Assembly: GCF_006345805.1 (NCBI RefSeq)
Contig: NC_042997.1
Coordinates: forward strand, 168,206,001-168,270,000
DNA length: 64,000 nucleotides
Direction: 5' to 3'
Source: Octopus sinensis
Lineage: Eukaryota
How positions within the stretch are numbered: the stretch's first letter is position 1; each line of letters opens with the position of its first letter. The notes beneath the pieces were generated by a model. That model was given only the letters and a program-made list of their open reading frames with translations. It made no database searches and was not told where the DNA came from. Positions 36,191-48,999 of the stretch are shown here, piece by piece. A program made the position numbers and the translations under genes.

Positions 36191-38505
36191 TCTCTTTCTA
36201 CATACACAAAGTACACCTAACGTCTTTATGCATTCATTTACCACTAACACACAACCTCTTTACAGAAATCTTATACAAGGCATTTTACATTGTACGTAAC
36301 ACACTGCTGTGAATAAACTTTGCTTTTGAACAAGTTGTGTTTTGTCTGTCTGTCTCTGTATACCAATTACTATTTAACAAACACACACACAATTAATGAC
36401 AAACTACCACTGCTGACGTCATCACTTCAACCAGACTATGAACACTCCATTGGGCTATAGCTACACATTAGCTCCAAAGATAGTGAACTCACCATACTAG
36501 TGACCAACTTGCTACACTGGTGATACCTTTACAGAACTTTACTAGGGAGATGAAAAAGGACAACAACAAATGACAAAATACTATGCTAGAGAAGAACCAT
36601 CCAACCCATGCAAACATTGATTAAAAAAAGAAGCATCAATGATGATTTGTCAATCAAGAACCTTTCAACCTTTTTTTTTTCAACTGTCACTAAGCAATTA
36701 GCCAATGTTCTTCTATATGTATTTTTCTCCAGTGATATCCCAGATTTTAAAAACCCATTGTCTTGAAATTTAGAATGCTTTTACTTGTCATCACAACACA
36801 GAACATAAGCTAATCTTCTAATACTAGTTTCTCCTGAAATCATTCATTGTTTTCCTCTAGTACAGGCCAGTCATTTTAGCTTTATTCACAAACTACAATT
36901 ATTTTGCCTATATTCTGAGGCTGAATTTTAACCATATAATTGGTCAGTAGCTTCCATCAAATTGTTTTAGAAAAATCCAGTTGTCTTGTGTATAACAGCT
37001 CTCTTCCTCCATCATATTTAAACATACATCATCAAACTGGAGACTATACTTCACATATGAATTTTTCAATTGCTTTTTCTTAATTCTAATTTATGTTGTT
37101 TCTTAATCTTCCTTATCCATAAGTTGCTTATCACTAATACAGGTTGAGAGCCACATTCCTCATTAAAGAGAGACTTACTATTGATAATAATTTTAACTCT
37201 GATTTTCTGGATGAGGGCAAAAATCAATTTGGCTCTCATGCTCACTTGAGTGGTTGGTGATCAGTTGGCTTACTAGTTTTCTCACAATGGCAAAATACTT
37301 TGCACTAGAACTCCAGTCTTAATTTTTCTTCCATATTGTGAACTACAGTTATGCACACCCTGATATGATAATTGAAATTTCCAGTTATGATGACGATATT
37401 GCTGTTTTAAATTAGTTTAAATGTACACAAAGGCATAAAAATAATTATTTATTCTATTAGACATTCTAAAATACTATTAAATTTCATTCAATTTTAAAAA
37501 AGGTAAAATTGGACAGAATTTATGGGATGACCTGATAGATGAAAAACATTACTTTTATTGCAGTTTTCAAGAACAAGCAAGCATTGGTGCATCAGTTACA
37601 AGTATATCTAGCTATGCGGGGGCCATCATCAGCACACAATTTATTTGTTCCAGCTAGGAAACTGGGAGGGAAGTTATCTGTCATCACTTGCAGTAATTTC
37701 TTCCTAAATCCTTTACCCTCTCTTTATGAAGCCCACAAGAGATAAAATACATCAAAGCAGGGTCTGTGCCAAAGTATTCAGGAAGTCGTACAATATGTGC
37801 TGTCTTCTCCAGGCCCTACATTGTGCATCCCCCTCCCCCAGCCCTACAATGTGCTCCCCTCTTTAGCTTTACAATGTGCTCCCTCTTCAGTCCTACACTG
37901 TACGTCTCCTTTAACAAATTTTTTATGTAAATTCCTTCCACCATCACCTTTACACCTGTGAAAAACGTTGTTGAAAAATTATAATTGCGCACAATGAATA
38001 TTATTATGTCTATCACCAGGTAAATATAACAAAATCTTAAATGTTTCACGCCAATTTGTTTGATCATAAAACCACACGCACTTTTCATCACCGTCTCACC
38101 TCAACAACAGCCCTCCATCATCTTTTGTTTTGCGAGTGACTCTCACCCACGAGATTTCGTGGAGGACTGGGGATGTTATTTTGTTGGTTTTTTTGCAAGA
38201 AATTTTGTCCAAGTTGCTCAGAATTTGTGCAGTGCCCCAGATTTTCGCACCCTAAGCGAGCTCCCAGTTTGCAAAGTATGTAACGCCGACTCTAGCCCAG
38301 GAGTATAACTATATAAAAAAATGGGTACTTAATTAAGAGCTATGTTTGTAAATTGAGAATGGTGTTTATTTTTTGAAGTGAATGTTTAACATTTTTAAAA
38401 GAATAAAAATTGTTCATATTGAGTCAACAACAATTTTGTTTGCAAACAGTCACGACAATAACGAAAAACATGAGAATATTAACTGATGTAGTGTTAAAAA
38501 CTTAC

Positions 38506-38550
38506 CACTGTTGGGTACTGAGCCCCACTGCTAGTAATATCTCCAGCCAT
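38506..38550 (-). CDS. TMEM104: TMEM104 first coding exon (MAGDITSSGAQYPTV)
   Basis: ATG at 38550, donor GTG|gtaagt at 38505. Resembles the TMEM104 N-terminus (MAGEITETGELYSPYV, from memory). Ends in phase 0, matching the next exon. Confidence 0.85.
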
Positions 38551-38593
38551 TATTAAAATTTACTCAAAAATGAGAGACCTAACAGTTTAGAAG
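38551..38593 (-). other. TMEM104: 5'UTR part of the first TMEM104 coding exon; implies an upstream non-coding exon
   Basis: Acceptor tttgcgtttcag| at 38595-38594, 43 nt upstream of the ATG. Confidence 0.55.
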
Positions 38594-38599
38594 CTGAAA

Positions 38600-39700
38600 C
38601 GCAAAGTCGTGTGTATATAGGATTGACTTGGCCTGTTCTTGTCAGCTGGTAAAATGTAGGAAATGTCACAGGCGTATGTGTCACATGAAAACAAAATTAG
38701 GTAAACATTATGTGACTGACAGTGAATACAGCAGTGATATTTTGTTCACTATTACGATTCTGTCTTTTTACGAAATTTTGATTTCCGTTAACAAGGTAAT
38801 TATGAAACAGACAGCGAATAAACAGCACTGATCTTTTTCGGAAAACACTATCTTATCGAAGTAAAAAAATAAATTTCTTCATCGTTTATTGACAACACAA
38901 TGAAAAGCTTATCATCTGTTGTCGTCATTCTTACTAATTAATTACGAATCATGTTCACTATCAGCTTTTGTTAAAAGTTCATAGTTTTCTTCTGACTAAA
39001 TTTGATATAAAAAAAAAGGTGAAGAAACTAATGAATTACATCGATCAACTTTCTTTGATTCACAAACAGAAAATTGTTATACCCGGTGGTTGTTAAAATA
39101 ATCTCTTTTTAATCACAATTCTTATGATATAGGATAAAATTGTTTTTTACGATAAGTATTTTCTCTGATAAGAATTTTCTATCAATAATAAATAATGTAG
39201 TCATTTTATTTTAGAACTTTTCAGATGATTTAATTATAATTTTCATCAAGTTTTAATAAACATTTTATGAATGTTCGGTAGTGGAATAATTTTCAATAGG
39301 TATATCATTTAGATGGGTGCCGTAATTAAGAGTAATACGAAAAGTAAATCTAAAAGAATTATGGCGATCGTTGTAAATATTAGGGTGTTTATTTTGTATT
39401 GTTAAAGATAGGAATGTTTAATTGTGTTAGATCGTTTGGAATTTTGTTGTTCGTTGTATTGTTTAAGTAGAGGGAGAACTGACCGCGATTTCAAGCAGAT
39501 CAAACGACCTCATACAGGTTCCTTTGTAACTAAGCAACAAAAATATTTTAACAACAGTAACAACCTATAAAATCATCAACAGTAACAGCATAAAAATAAT
39601 TATTAATTGCATCCATATCCTTCACGATAAACAAACTGACTGCAACACAAAGTACTTCCTTGGTTGCCAAATAAACTAACTTCTGTTTGACAAAATGAAA
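38600..39700 (-). promoter_or_regulatory. Probable TMEM104 promoter and non-coding first-exon region
   Basis: Immediately upstream of the first coding exon, where CpG-depleted sequence changes to CpG-containing sequence. ATGGCG/CGCCAT (YY1-like) at 39361. TSS cannot be located. Confidence 0.35.
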
Positions 39701-40149
39701 GCGGTACGTTATAATCAAAGATCGCCAGAATTTGTTATCGAGTGAGCGTAACTTATCAGATAAGTTGATCCAGTGCCCTTTGTCTGGGGAGAAATAAGAA
39801 CTGTCGAACTAATTTCTATAGTAAAACTAAGTTTATGTGCTGCTATGTAGACCAACAGGAGTCTGATTGGGTTCTATTTTTTCTTTTCATTTTAATTGTA
39901 GTTATATATCCCAGAATTGAAATTTCGCTTCTTTATATCACAGCACAACTTCCATTCTTCGTTCTAATCACATGCTTGCTGACGCAAACCACCGGCGTGG
40001 AGGCGCAATGGCCCAATGGTTAGGGGTGTACATATTTCTGTGGGATACTGTACGTACATACATACATACATACATACATACATACATACATACATACATA
40101 CATACATACATACATACATACATGCATGCATGCATGCATGCATGCATGC

Positions 40150-40680
40150 ATAGTGGCTGACCCTCGTTATCGAGTATGGCCATTGCGCGAAGCTTAATCA
40201 ATGTCTGTGCAAGAAGATTTTTTTTAAAGTGAGGAAAGGCTGTGCACTGAGTCAATCCCACTCACTAAGCAACAGCAGCCATAATCCGAAAAAGAACAAG
40301 TCAACATCATCGGTAACCACTGAGCCGCAGGTTTTATATCGGAGTTATCCCATTTACCTGAGTTACCTTCTCCTAGAAGGATGCCCTAACAAAGGCTAGG
40401 AGTCCTTCACTCCCAATGGTTTAACTGCGCGATCGGGTATTCAGTCCGATTATTTCTATGTCCCCGCGCATGATACAGCCTTAAGACATTTATTGGATGG
40501 CCGTTGACTCTCGAGAGTTCCTCCGCCCTTTGACGGGTTTTGTTTTTCATCCCGCAGGGTGTCCAATAAACACCCTCCTCACCAAGCAAGCTTGGTGGGG
40601 TTGCCGGTTTAGTCGCCGACGACCCGACCATGCAACAGGTTGTACTGGGTTACATGTTACCAGTAGCACTCGAAAGTGAC
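40150..40680 (-). mobile_element. RTE-like non-autonomous element with a (TGCA)n(TGTA)n tail
   Basis: GC-rich 5' region (ggtcgtcggcgactaaaccggcaacccc) ending at the compound microsatellite 40054-40150. Confidence 0.4.
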
Positions 40681-41019
40681 CTACATACATATCCTGTGTC
40701 CGTAGAAGTTACTAATGAAACATTGTGTGAATGTTCAGAATGGGTCTGTCAGAGGATCTGGAGTTGTCTGCGCAAAAGTCTGGAACTATCTGCATGGCAA
40801 GAGTGGAGGTGCAAGTCAGTCAGCTACCTTCAACACTCTGCGATTAAATGGACGCAAAACAAAAAAAACGGTTTTCATAGGAGACAATCAAGGAAATCGA
40901 GAAAGTTATGTCACGCCACAGCTTCACGCTGATTGGTCGTTTTATAATCTGATCACTTGAAACTAAGATGGTTCACGCGTAGTTCTGAACGAATATCTAG
41001 CGGTTAGATTTCGAATCAC

Positions 41020-41345
41020 AGCTACAATGCCCTTGCCGTTGAAAAGCTTTCTCGTGGATTTGTTTTGCCTGGTCTCTCGTGCCAGCGAAAAACAGATGCT
41101 CGGCTCATACAAGTTAATCCTTAGGCAGTCTGGAACATTTCATAAGTTTCTGTAGCGTTTTTGCTCAGTTTAACACAAAACCTTATTGCATAGCGAGCTT
41201 CCACATAGTCTTCACATCCCGACTGCATTCTGCAAACTAGTCAGCTGTGACAAGCTATGTTCAGTAGGATGTGTTTAAAGTGCTGATCCGGCCGCATCTT
41301 TCCATCTTGAATAACGAAAGTTGGCAGGTCAGCTTACTAGATGCA
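41020..41345 (-). mobile_element. Mariner 5' fragment
   Basis: EARYAIRFCVKLSKNATETYEMFQTA...SRASVFRWHER. The 5'UTR is homologous to 63790-63880. Confidence 0.8.
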
Positions 41346-41387
41346 TACTAATGATATACTAAAATTACAATAACCTAGGACAGTTAT

Positions 41388-41463
<76 letters not shown>

Positions 41464-42107
41464 CTCTTTTAAATAGATCACCTTACTTTGAAATTGTATG
41501 GATGATACCGTACTAAATTCTGGTGCCTCAACTTAAGTACCATATTCATCTGAATCTAAATTTTTGCTGAACTCATCTACCATACTCAAAGTATATGTGT
41601 GTGTGTGTGTGTGTGTGTAGTGGGGTCTTTGTGTTTGTTCCCCACCGCTTGATTACTACGATAACCGGTGTTGGTTTGTGTACCTCTCCTATAACTCAGC
41701 GTCTCGGCAAAGTAAAGTACAGTTTAAGTACTGAAGTTCAATAACACCCTCCCTTGTGCCTACATTAGAAATAATATTATAGCAACAATGCCTTTCATCC
41801 TTTCGGGGTCAATGAAATAAGTACCAGTCGAGTTCTGGGGTCGATGTAATCGACTTACTCACCCTCCCTAAATTTCAGGCTTGTACCTATAGTAGAAGGG
41901 ATTATATTAATATATTTTACGTAAATCAGAAATCATTATATTTGCTTTATGTGAGGCAGTGAGCTGGCAGAATCGTTAGCGCATCAGACAAAATGTTTAG
42001 CGGCATTTCTTCCGGTTCTTTACGTTCTAAGATCAAACCACGCCGAGATCAACTTTTATCCTTTGGGGTCGATAAAATAAAGTACCAGTCAAATATTGGA
42101 ATCGATG

Positions 42108-42892
42108 TGTAGTGGATCTTGCAAGAATTAAGTGGATTCGATCCACCATAGCCAAATTTAAATTAACACTGCAACAGGACTTTTCCCACGGTAGAATAAG
42201 GTTTTTCTCTGACAGCAGTTTTACATTTGCCAGATTGCCTTTAGCTAGGCCGAAATAATGTCTTCACCACTTGACCCTTTCTAACCTCTTCTACTTCACC
42301 AAAAGCTAGAATAGAGATAACAAGACTACCAACTAAATCTACTGTTCTCAATGATATATCTATGCTTCTGGATAGTTATAAAAGCAAGAACACCCCAAGC
42401 AAAATTCAGTCGGTGATGACTCAACCATGTAGTCACATCGGTGACAACGAAGTCTGGCTGTCCAGCTAGAACCTTGGTCAGAGGGAGAAATGAAGTTTAC
42501 TGTCAGCAAATGTGAGACAACGTCCCACACCCTACAACTTTCACTAGGTCTAATTCTGTTCTCTTATAACATCATCTATCGCTATCTGTGGATTACTACT
42601 AACAATTTGTGTACGCCAAACTATGGAAAAAGAAAAAAAAATTCTACCACATCTAACTTTCTTTCGCATGCTCTCGGATGTTATAACCTGCCCGTCGAGG
42701 TTTGGTATTTTTCAACATAACGGTAAATAAATACTTTCTTAAAACTTCATACATTGTTCATCTTTCATATCAATTATAACAACAAATTTTCATCGTTACG
42801 ACTGTTGATTCCGACATTTCATAAAATTGTTTACTAATCAATCTTACCCTTTACAATTAGTAACTACACTAATTAAAAACTTAATCGTTACA
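42108..42892 (+). mobile_element. LTR-like segment inserted in a SINE
   Basis: TGTAGTGG...CGTTACA termini, internal AATAAA, flanked by a 17-bp direct repeat. Confidence 0.45.
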
Positions 42893-43100
42893 AAATATTG
42901 GTATCGATGTAATGAACTTATCCCTTCCCAAAATTAGAAAGAATTATGTTTGCTTTATGTTGTGTGGGTAATTAGCAGTCTTTAGAGAAACGTTGTATAA
43001 AATTCCTAGTGGTATTTTTTCCGAATGTTTGTACTGTGAGTTCAAATCTTGTCATGGCCAATTTTATCTTTCATCCTTTTGGGGGTCAATAAAAATAAAA

Positions 43101-43361
43101 GGTAGTGATCCAGGGAGGTGTATTGGCGGAATCGCTATGGTGGAGGGGCTAAGATTAAACCGGCATCTGATTTGACTCTTTGCATTCTGACAGCAACGCC
43201 TGGGACGATAATCGTGACAAGCTGTCGATCCAAGCCTTTCACCTTCGATAAACATTAGTGGTATAGAGAGTTGCATGCTCGGGAACAGCCAGTCTTGTTT
43301 AAAAAATCTTGTCCAGGCCTGAGTAGATGCACAGTGAACCTTCACCGACGAAGGCCCTACA
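43101..43361 (+). mobile_element. Short LTR-like segment
   Basis: Starts (g)gtagtgatcc, ends ccctaca; no TSD seen. Confidence 0.3.
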
Positions 43362-43852
43362 TCGAGATGTATTTTTAAATTAGTATAATATCGGACAGAA
43401 ACTGATAATTACGATGTAATCTATGTATGCCATGGGTAAGGTTTAAATGTTTTGTTATACTTGAGTTCTGATAGTTTTTAAGTTTGTGCTTAAAAAAGCG
43501 TTTTTATACTTATCATATACAATAAAGGGCAATGGTACAGTACAATTGTTTTATGTTACCCTAGACTTAATGTTTTCATTAAAAAAATGTTTTGAGTTAA
43601 ATTAGCAAAATATCTACAATAAGCTTCAACTTTTGACTGAGATATGATAATCAATGCATGTCGGACAAAAGGATTAATAACACTTCTGACTCTTTACATT
43701 CTGAGTTCAAATTCCATCGAAGTCGACTTTGCTTTTCATGCTTGCGGAATCGATAGAATAAGTAACAATTGAATAATCGACTACCCTCTCCCACAAAATG
43801 CCACGTTTGTACCTATAGTAGAAAAAAAAAATTATCATGGAATATGCGAAAG

Positions 43853-44084
43853 TGGCGACGAGCTGGCAGAAACGTTAGCACGCCGGGCGAAATGCTTAGC
43901 AGTATTTCGTCTGTCTTTACGTTCTGAGTTCAAATTCCGCCGAGGTCGACTTTGCCTTTCATCCTTTCGAGATCGATTAAAAAAGTACCAGTCACGCACT
44001 GGGGTCGATATAATCGACTTAATCAGTTTGTCTGTCCTTGTTTGTCCTCTCTGTATTTGGCTCCTTGTGGGTAGTAAAGAAATA
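43853..44084 (+). mobile_element. Young tRNA SINE with conserved central domain (Meta-like), tail type A
   Basis: A/B boxes, gcctttcatcctttcg...gtcgat central domain, tail ...gtgggtagtaaagaaata. 14-bp TSD ggaatatg(c/t)gaaag. Confidence 0.9.
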
Positions 44085-44346
44085 GGAATATGTGAAAGCG
44101 TATAGCCTAACGGTTAGGTCGTGGTTTCGAATCTCAGACCTGGCAGAAAGTTGTCCTTGCACAATGTACTTCATTTCACGTTGCTCTAATAAGCACAGCT
44201 GAGTTACATCTACCGGAGAGTGGCACCTCGCATTAAATATTGAAAATGCAAGATGTCAATGAACTGATAAATTACATTTGAAACGACTTCGGTGTGAGAT
44301 GACTCGTGCACTTTTGGGGTGCACAAAGCAATCACTCACTAGCCGT

Positions 44347-44818
44347 TGCTTTAATAATCCAGAATTCTACTAGTCAGAAACAACAAGACGCAGACGTAAA
44401 ATATACATATAACTACTTTATTCTCTTTCTTGGTAACAAATAACAATAAGTGTGTTATCTGATGTCCTTGGTTCGGGGCGCGCAAGGCTGAAAGTAAATC
44501 AATTGTAATATTTACAATATTCAGCCCAAAAACAGAAACGGGTTCAAGATGGCGTCGAACAGGGAAGTTGAATGTGGTCGGCAACAATTTGGTTAAAGGC
44601 ATTCGGCCGACTGCTATCAGAGCTGGACAGCGAGAATATACGCGTGACCGCCGCCTTCAATCGCTGGGTCCCAAGTCTCCGCTTGCTGCTGCTAGTGGTC
44701 AAACGTTCTACGACCCCCTTGCCTCGCTAACTACCTTTCTGTGCCTTGGTGAAGGCACCAACACGCGCGAAATACAAATGGTCGGTGCGCGAGCGCGCGC
44801 CGTTGCAGGATCACTACA
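44347..44818 (-). mobile_element. GC-rich LTR-like segment
   Basis: Starts TGTAGTGATCC on the minus strand, with AATAAA near the other end; no TSD seen. Confidence 0.35.
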
Positions 44819-44872
44819 CATTAATACTAAATATTGCACACTAGATTATCCTACTACAAGAAGTGTACGATG

Positions 44873-46447
44873 TTTTTCTTTATTACCCACTAGGGGCCAC
44901 ATAGAGGGGGACACTACAAACATTGGGGACATAGAACATTATGATTACAACGAATGAAAGATGAATTTTGAAAATGGTAATATGAAAGTGATGCTAACGG
45001 CCCCATCCGCTAGCATCACTTACCTGTCCTTTAGTTGTTAATCCCACACAAATACTCCTTGTTCAGTTCCGATACAAAGTCCTTCCATCTCCATCCTTGT
45101 TTCAAACGTCTCTTCTAAATCTCTCATGATTTTTCCAACCAGTCTCACTTCATTCACTTCATAATCTTCCCTTTCACACATTGTCATAAAATCGTCCATT
45201 CGTTCCTTTCCAATCACTGCATACCTGATCGGTCCTCTGTCACACCACCGATACTCTTCCATTGTCTTTTTAATTTTTTCTTTTCCCATCATACATACAA
45301 TGTTTGGCCTGGGTTCATTTTTTGTATCATGGTTGTGTGTGTCCTTTCTTTTCTGTTTTCTTGTTGGAGGGGAGCGGGTGGGTTCACTGTCTGCAGGGAG
45401 AGGGTGGGACTCAGAGAGTCTGGGTGGTGTTGGGGTGGTTTGGGATTCCATACTGTTTGTTTTTCCTCTCATTCCTCTTTCTCCTGGCTTCTTCCCATTC
45501 TTTTGAATTCTTTTCTTCTTCTGTTATCTCCTTCTCTTCTGTTTTCTGCTCTTTTTCTGCCTCTTTTTGTTGTTCCGCATCCATATCTTTCTCTGGGGGA
45601 GGGCAGTTAGCTCTTATGTGGCCACTTGTAACAACGTGGAGCTCTGCCCTCCACCCACACTCTCATGATTACGTCTCCCAATCTGATATTCTCTGCTAGG
45701 TCCTCCAGTACATCATCCTCCGACTGCACATTTAGATCCAGTGTCGCGCCTCTCCAGCCCTCGGTCTTTACCGTGGCATGGAAGATGTCCACTTCATCCT
45801 CATGGCCGCTAATTATAGCTGCCACAATCCACTCAGTTTCGACGTTTGGGGGTATTCCCTCGACCCGTATTCTGGTAATTTTCATATTTAAATATGTGGG
45901 CAAAAGGAATACCCTCTCAGATTTCACCGCCTTCGCCGCCATCTTCCCTGCTATATTCTCACTCTTGAACTGTACTACCACAGTACCATATCTTGTACCT
46001 CTAGTCAGAAATATAATTTCCTCTTCCGCTCTTCTCAGAGCCTCCTCTATCCACTCCATATTCACCACTTCGATCCTTCTCTTTCCGCTTGGTCCTTTTT
46101 TCGTACCATTCTCTGCGCTTTTGTGGCGGTGCTAATTCCACCTCACCGCTGTCCTTCTTAACAAACTTCTGGTAACTTGGCAGCTTGGCCAAGTCCACCT
46201 CTCTCTCCTCCGATTTTTTAGCAACACCGGCATAGGTATAACCTAGTTTCTGGTCCATTTTCCTCACCGCTTCCTCCAATTCCTCCTCAGACGTAGACAA
46301 GTCCGATAGGGACTCGAACACTCTTGCCGTCTCTCCCATTAGGGAGGGATTAACAAACCTTCCGATGAATCAGTAAGCAGTTGAAGTCCTTTTTGTATTA
46401 GAAATAAAACAAACAGGAGCGGCTCTTCGAGAAAACAGATATTACGG
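44873..46447 (-). mobile_element. Complete ORF1-only non-autonomous retroelement (L1/Tx1-like ORF1)
   Basis: 16-bp TSD caagaagtgtacgatg at 44857-44872 and 46448-46463. 5'UTR, frameshifted ORF1 (46339-45038), and a 3' tail ending gtgggtaataaagaaaaa. No ORF2. Confidence 0.75.
45038..46339 (-). pseudogene. Degenerate LINE ORF1 (RRM-like region plus damaged CCHC zinc knuckle)
   Basis: Frameshifted segments including TRIRVEGIPP...VRVWVEGRAPRCYK / GHIRANCP, followed by an acidic/basic low-complexity tract. Typical L1/Tx1-type ORF1 layout. Confidence 0.65.
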
Positions 46448-47009
46448 CAAGAAGTGTACGATGATTTTAAATTCCACCATCTCTCATTAGCAAAGATGCG
46501 GTGGACGCCTCTGCACGCACACTTACATACATATATATATGAAATACAGTGTTGTTGTTTTCAGATTTCAAAATATCAGTCATTTCCCAAATATTAATGA
46601 GAAGTTTTGCATCGCTTTAATAAATAGAAATCAAATTAGAGTTTGCATCTATATAGTTCTTCGAAAGTTCAAAACCAAGCTGTGAGCTGGCAGAATTGTT
46701 AGCGCATCGGGGGAAATATTTAGCGCATTTCTTCCGGTTCATTACATTCTAAGTTCAAATTGCGTCACGGACAACTTTGCCTTTCGTAATTTCAGGGTCG
46801 ATAAAGTAAATTATCAGTCAAATACTGAAATCAATATAACTCACTAACTTCCTCTCACTAAAATTGCTGACCTTGTACCAAATTTTGAAACCATTGTTAA
46901 ACGTGTCAATTTCAATATACAGATTATTTAGGTATGGTACATGTCTTCGTTAAATCTTCTGGCAAGAGATTTTTTTTTTTTCGGTAAAATACATAACATT
47001 AATAATTCT

Positions 47010-47242
47010 TATTTCTTTACTGCCCACAAGGGGCTGCACATAGAGGGGACAAACAAGGATAGAAAAAGAGATTAAGTCGATTACATCGACCCCAGTACAT
47101 AACTGGTGCTTAATTTATCGACCCCGAAAGGATGAAAGGCAAAGTTGACCTCGGCGGAATTTGAACTCAGAACACAGCAGCAGACGAAATACGGCTAAGC
47201 ATTTCGCCCGGCGTGCTAACGTTTCTGCCAGCTCGCCGCCTT
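47010..47242 (-). mobile_element. Young Meta-like SINE, tail type A
   Basis: 17-bp TSD ataac(a/g)ttaataattct at 46993-47009 and 47243-47259. Confidence 0.9.
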
Positions 47243-47269
47243 ATAACGTTAATAATTCTGTCAACAAAT

Positions 47270-47800
47270 AGAATTATGACAGACGAGTCAATGTCACAAT
47301 GTTGCAATATTTCCCAGGCTAGACAAATTCCATCGAAGTAACAAGATTCAGTGCCTCGCGAACGAAAAGGTGAGCATCTATTCACGCTCAGGATGTCAGT
47401 GATAAAATATTTTCTCGGAAGTAAATCTCTTCTGGGGAACACAGTATAAAATACCCTGTTCTTGACGCTGACGATGTCATTTTTGATACTAGCCCTGCAT
47501 ATGTCGATATTCTGAAGTTGAGAAATGATTTAACACATTTGACACTTCCAGAGATAATGATACATCTCATTGATACCCAGCCTTGATAACTTGGCTATCG
47601 ATGTATTTCTTCCATTCCTCGAGATCTTTGTGTGAAATTGGGTTCTTCACAATGAACCTCTTCAAATCCAAGCTCAGATATGAAGTTGGTTCTTTTAAAG
47701 ACAAAATCATACAAAAATCTCTTGACGATAAAATATCGTCTCTTATGACACTGTCTAAAATATCACTGTACAATAAATGCAGCTTTATCATATAACGGTG
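47270..47800 (-). mobile_element. Possible L1/Tx1 ORF2 C-terminal (zf-RVT-like) remnant
   Basis: VFPRRDLLPRKYFITDILSVNRCSPFRSRGTES...ICLAWEIL resembles LPTRDxL...CPFC...ES...W. Confidence 0.4.
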
Positions 47801-48999
47801 CACCTAGAATTTAAATTAGGGGTAAAACTAAAAATACGTGAAATAAAAATGGCAACACTGTTCTAGGAATAACAGCCAAATCTCCTAAAACCACACCATA
47901 CTATGTTTTAACAAGAAGGACTTCTCTCACGTTGTATGTAGTACTTCATATTCAGAAAGACAGGGTGAAGTTCTAGAATGGCTTTGACCACAGGTTTACT
48001 CAAACAGGACTGACATGAACCTAAACACTTGCTCTTATGACTGAGCTACCCAGTCGCGACTATATCACTCAGAGATGATGACTACGGTTATCAAAATAGG
48101 TATGATGACTAAGTATGGTAGCTTCTCTACGCAAAGAAAGAGAGAGAAGAAATTAATAGCTATAGGTCCGTTTTCATTTTAAACACAATTTATTCGCTTA
48201 TGTAGACTACTTGCAATAGTAATCGATAAGAGATCGCTAAATAAGGCCTTATCGATTGTTGTTTATGTTAGCAACAATCTAGAAGCGGAAATGAGGCTAA
48301 AGTAGCGATTGTGTTAAGGCAAGGGTTTCAGCTCATTAGTTCTTTACACTCAAATGAATCTGGCCCACTTAGATCATGACGCCTAGGTGTCCTCCAACTG
48401 TTTTTGAAAAGCGTTTTGTAGGAATTGAACTCAGAACCTTTGAGTGATCTTATTTTTCTAGAGTGCATTGCTGGGCCAGGAAAACCACCGCAAGAACTTG
48501 CAATGTGGATCTATTTCATATTGATGTAAAGTGGGCCACATCATGATTTGGTTGCATCCTATTTTACTGGGCGAGTGAAAATTGATTTGATCTCCAGCTA
48601 ATTAGAGGTGTCATTAATTTCACCAACTAATAATCGATAATAGTTCTGTATTTAATCCTTGCATTCCTAACCAGAGGAACCAACTTCACTTTTCAGATAG
48701 TCAATACAGCTTATACGCGCGCGCGTGCTGTGATGACAATTTAACGAGTCAACAATTTACGTGTGTCTTACTTGAAAAGTAGCTGAGAAGTGAAGCTGGT
48801 TCATACTCCCTCACTATTCAATGGTGCACCCTTGGATTTACTCCACTTTAGCATTATTACAAATTAGTACCCATCCAGAATATTCTGGAGCACCTCTGGG
48901 CACTAAATTCTGACGACGGGCCTAAGTCGGTTTCTGTTGGTGGGAACACTGTAGAAAATACGATGCAACCAAATCATAGTGTATCTCGTTATAACATTA

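Noticed and set aside
36493-36541. 49-nt exon-like block with a gtgagt donor
   Set aside because: Not frame-preserving, no homology, and the flanking TMEM104 exons already join correctly.
44568-44957. 129-aa plus-strand ORF
   Set aside because: It spans an LTR-like segment and the tail of the ORF1-only element; GC-rich chance ORF with no recognisable motif.
48543-48977. 16-bp inverted repeat atgatttggttgcatc as MITE TIRs
   Set aside because: No TSD or extension beyond 16 bp; may be two decayed Tc1-like fragments and cannot be supported.
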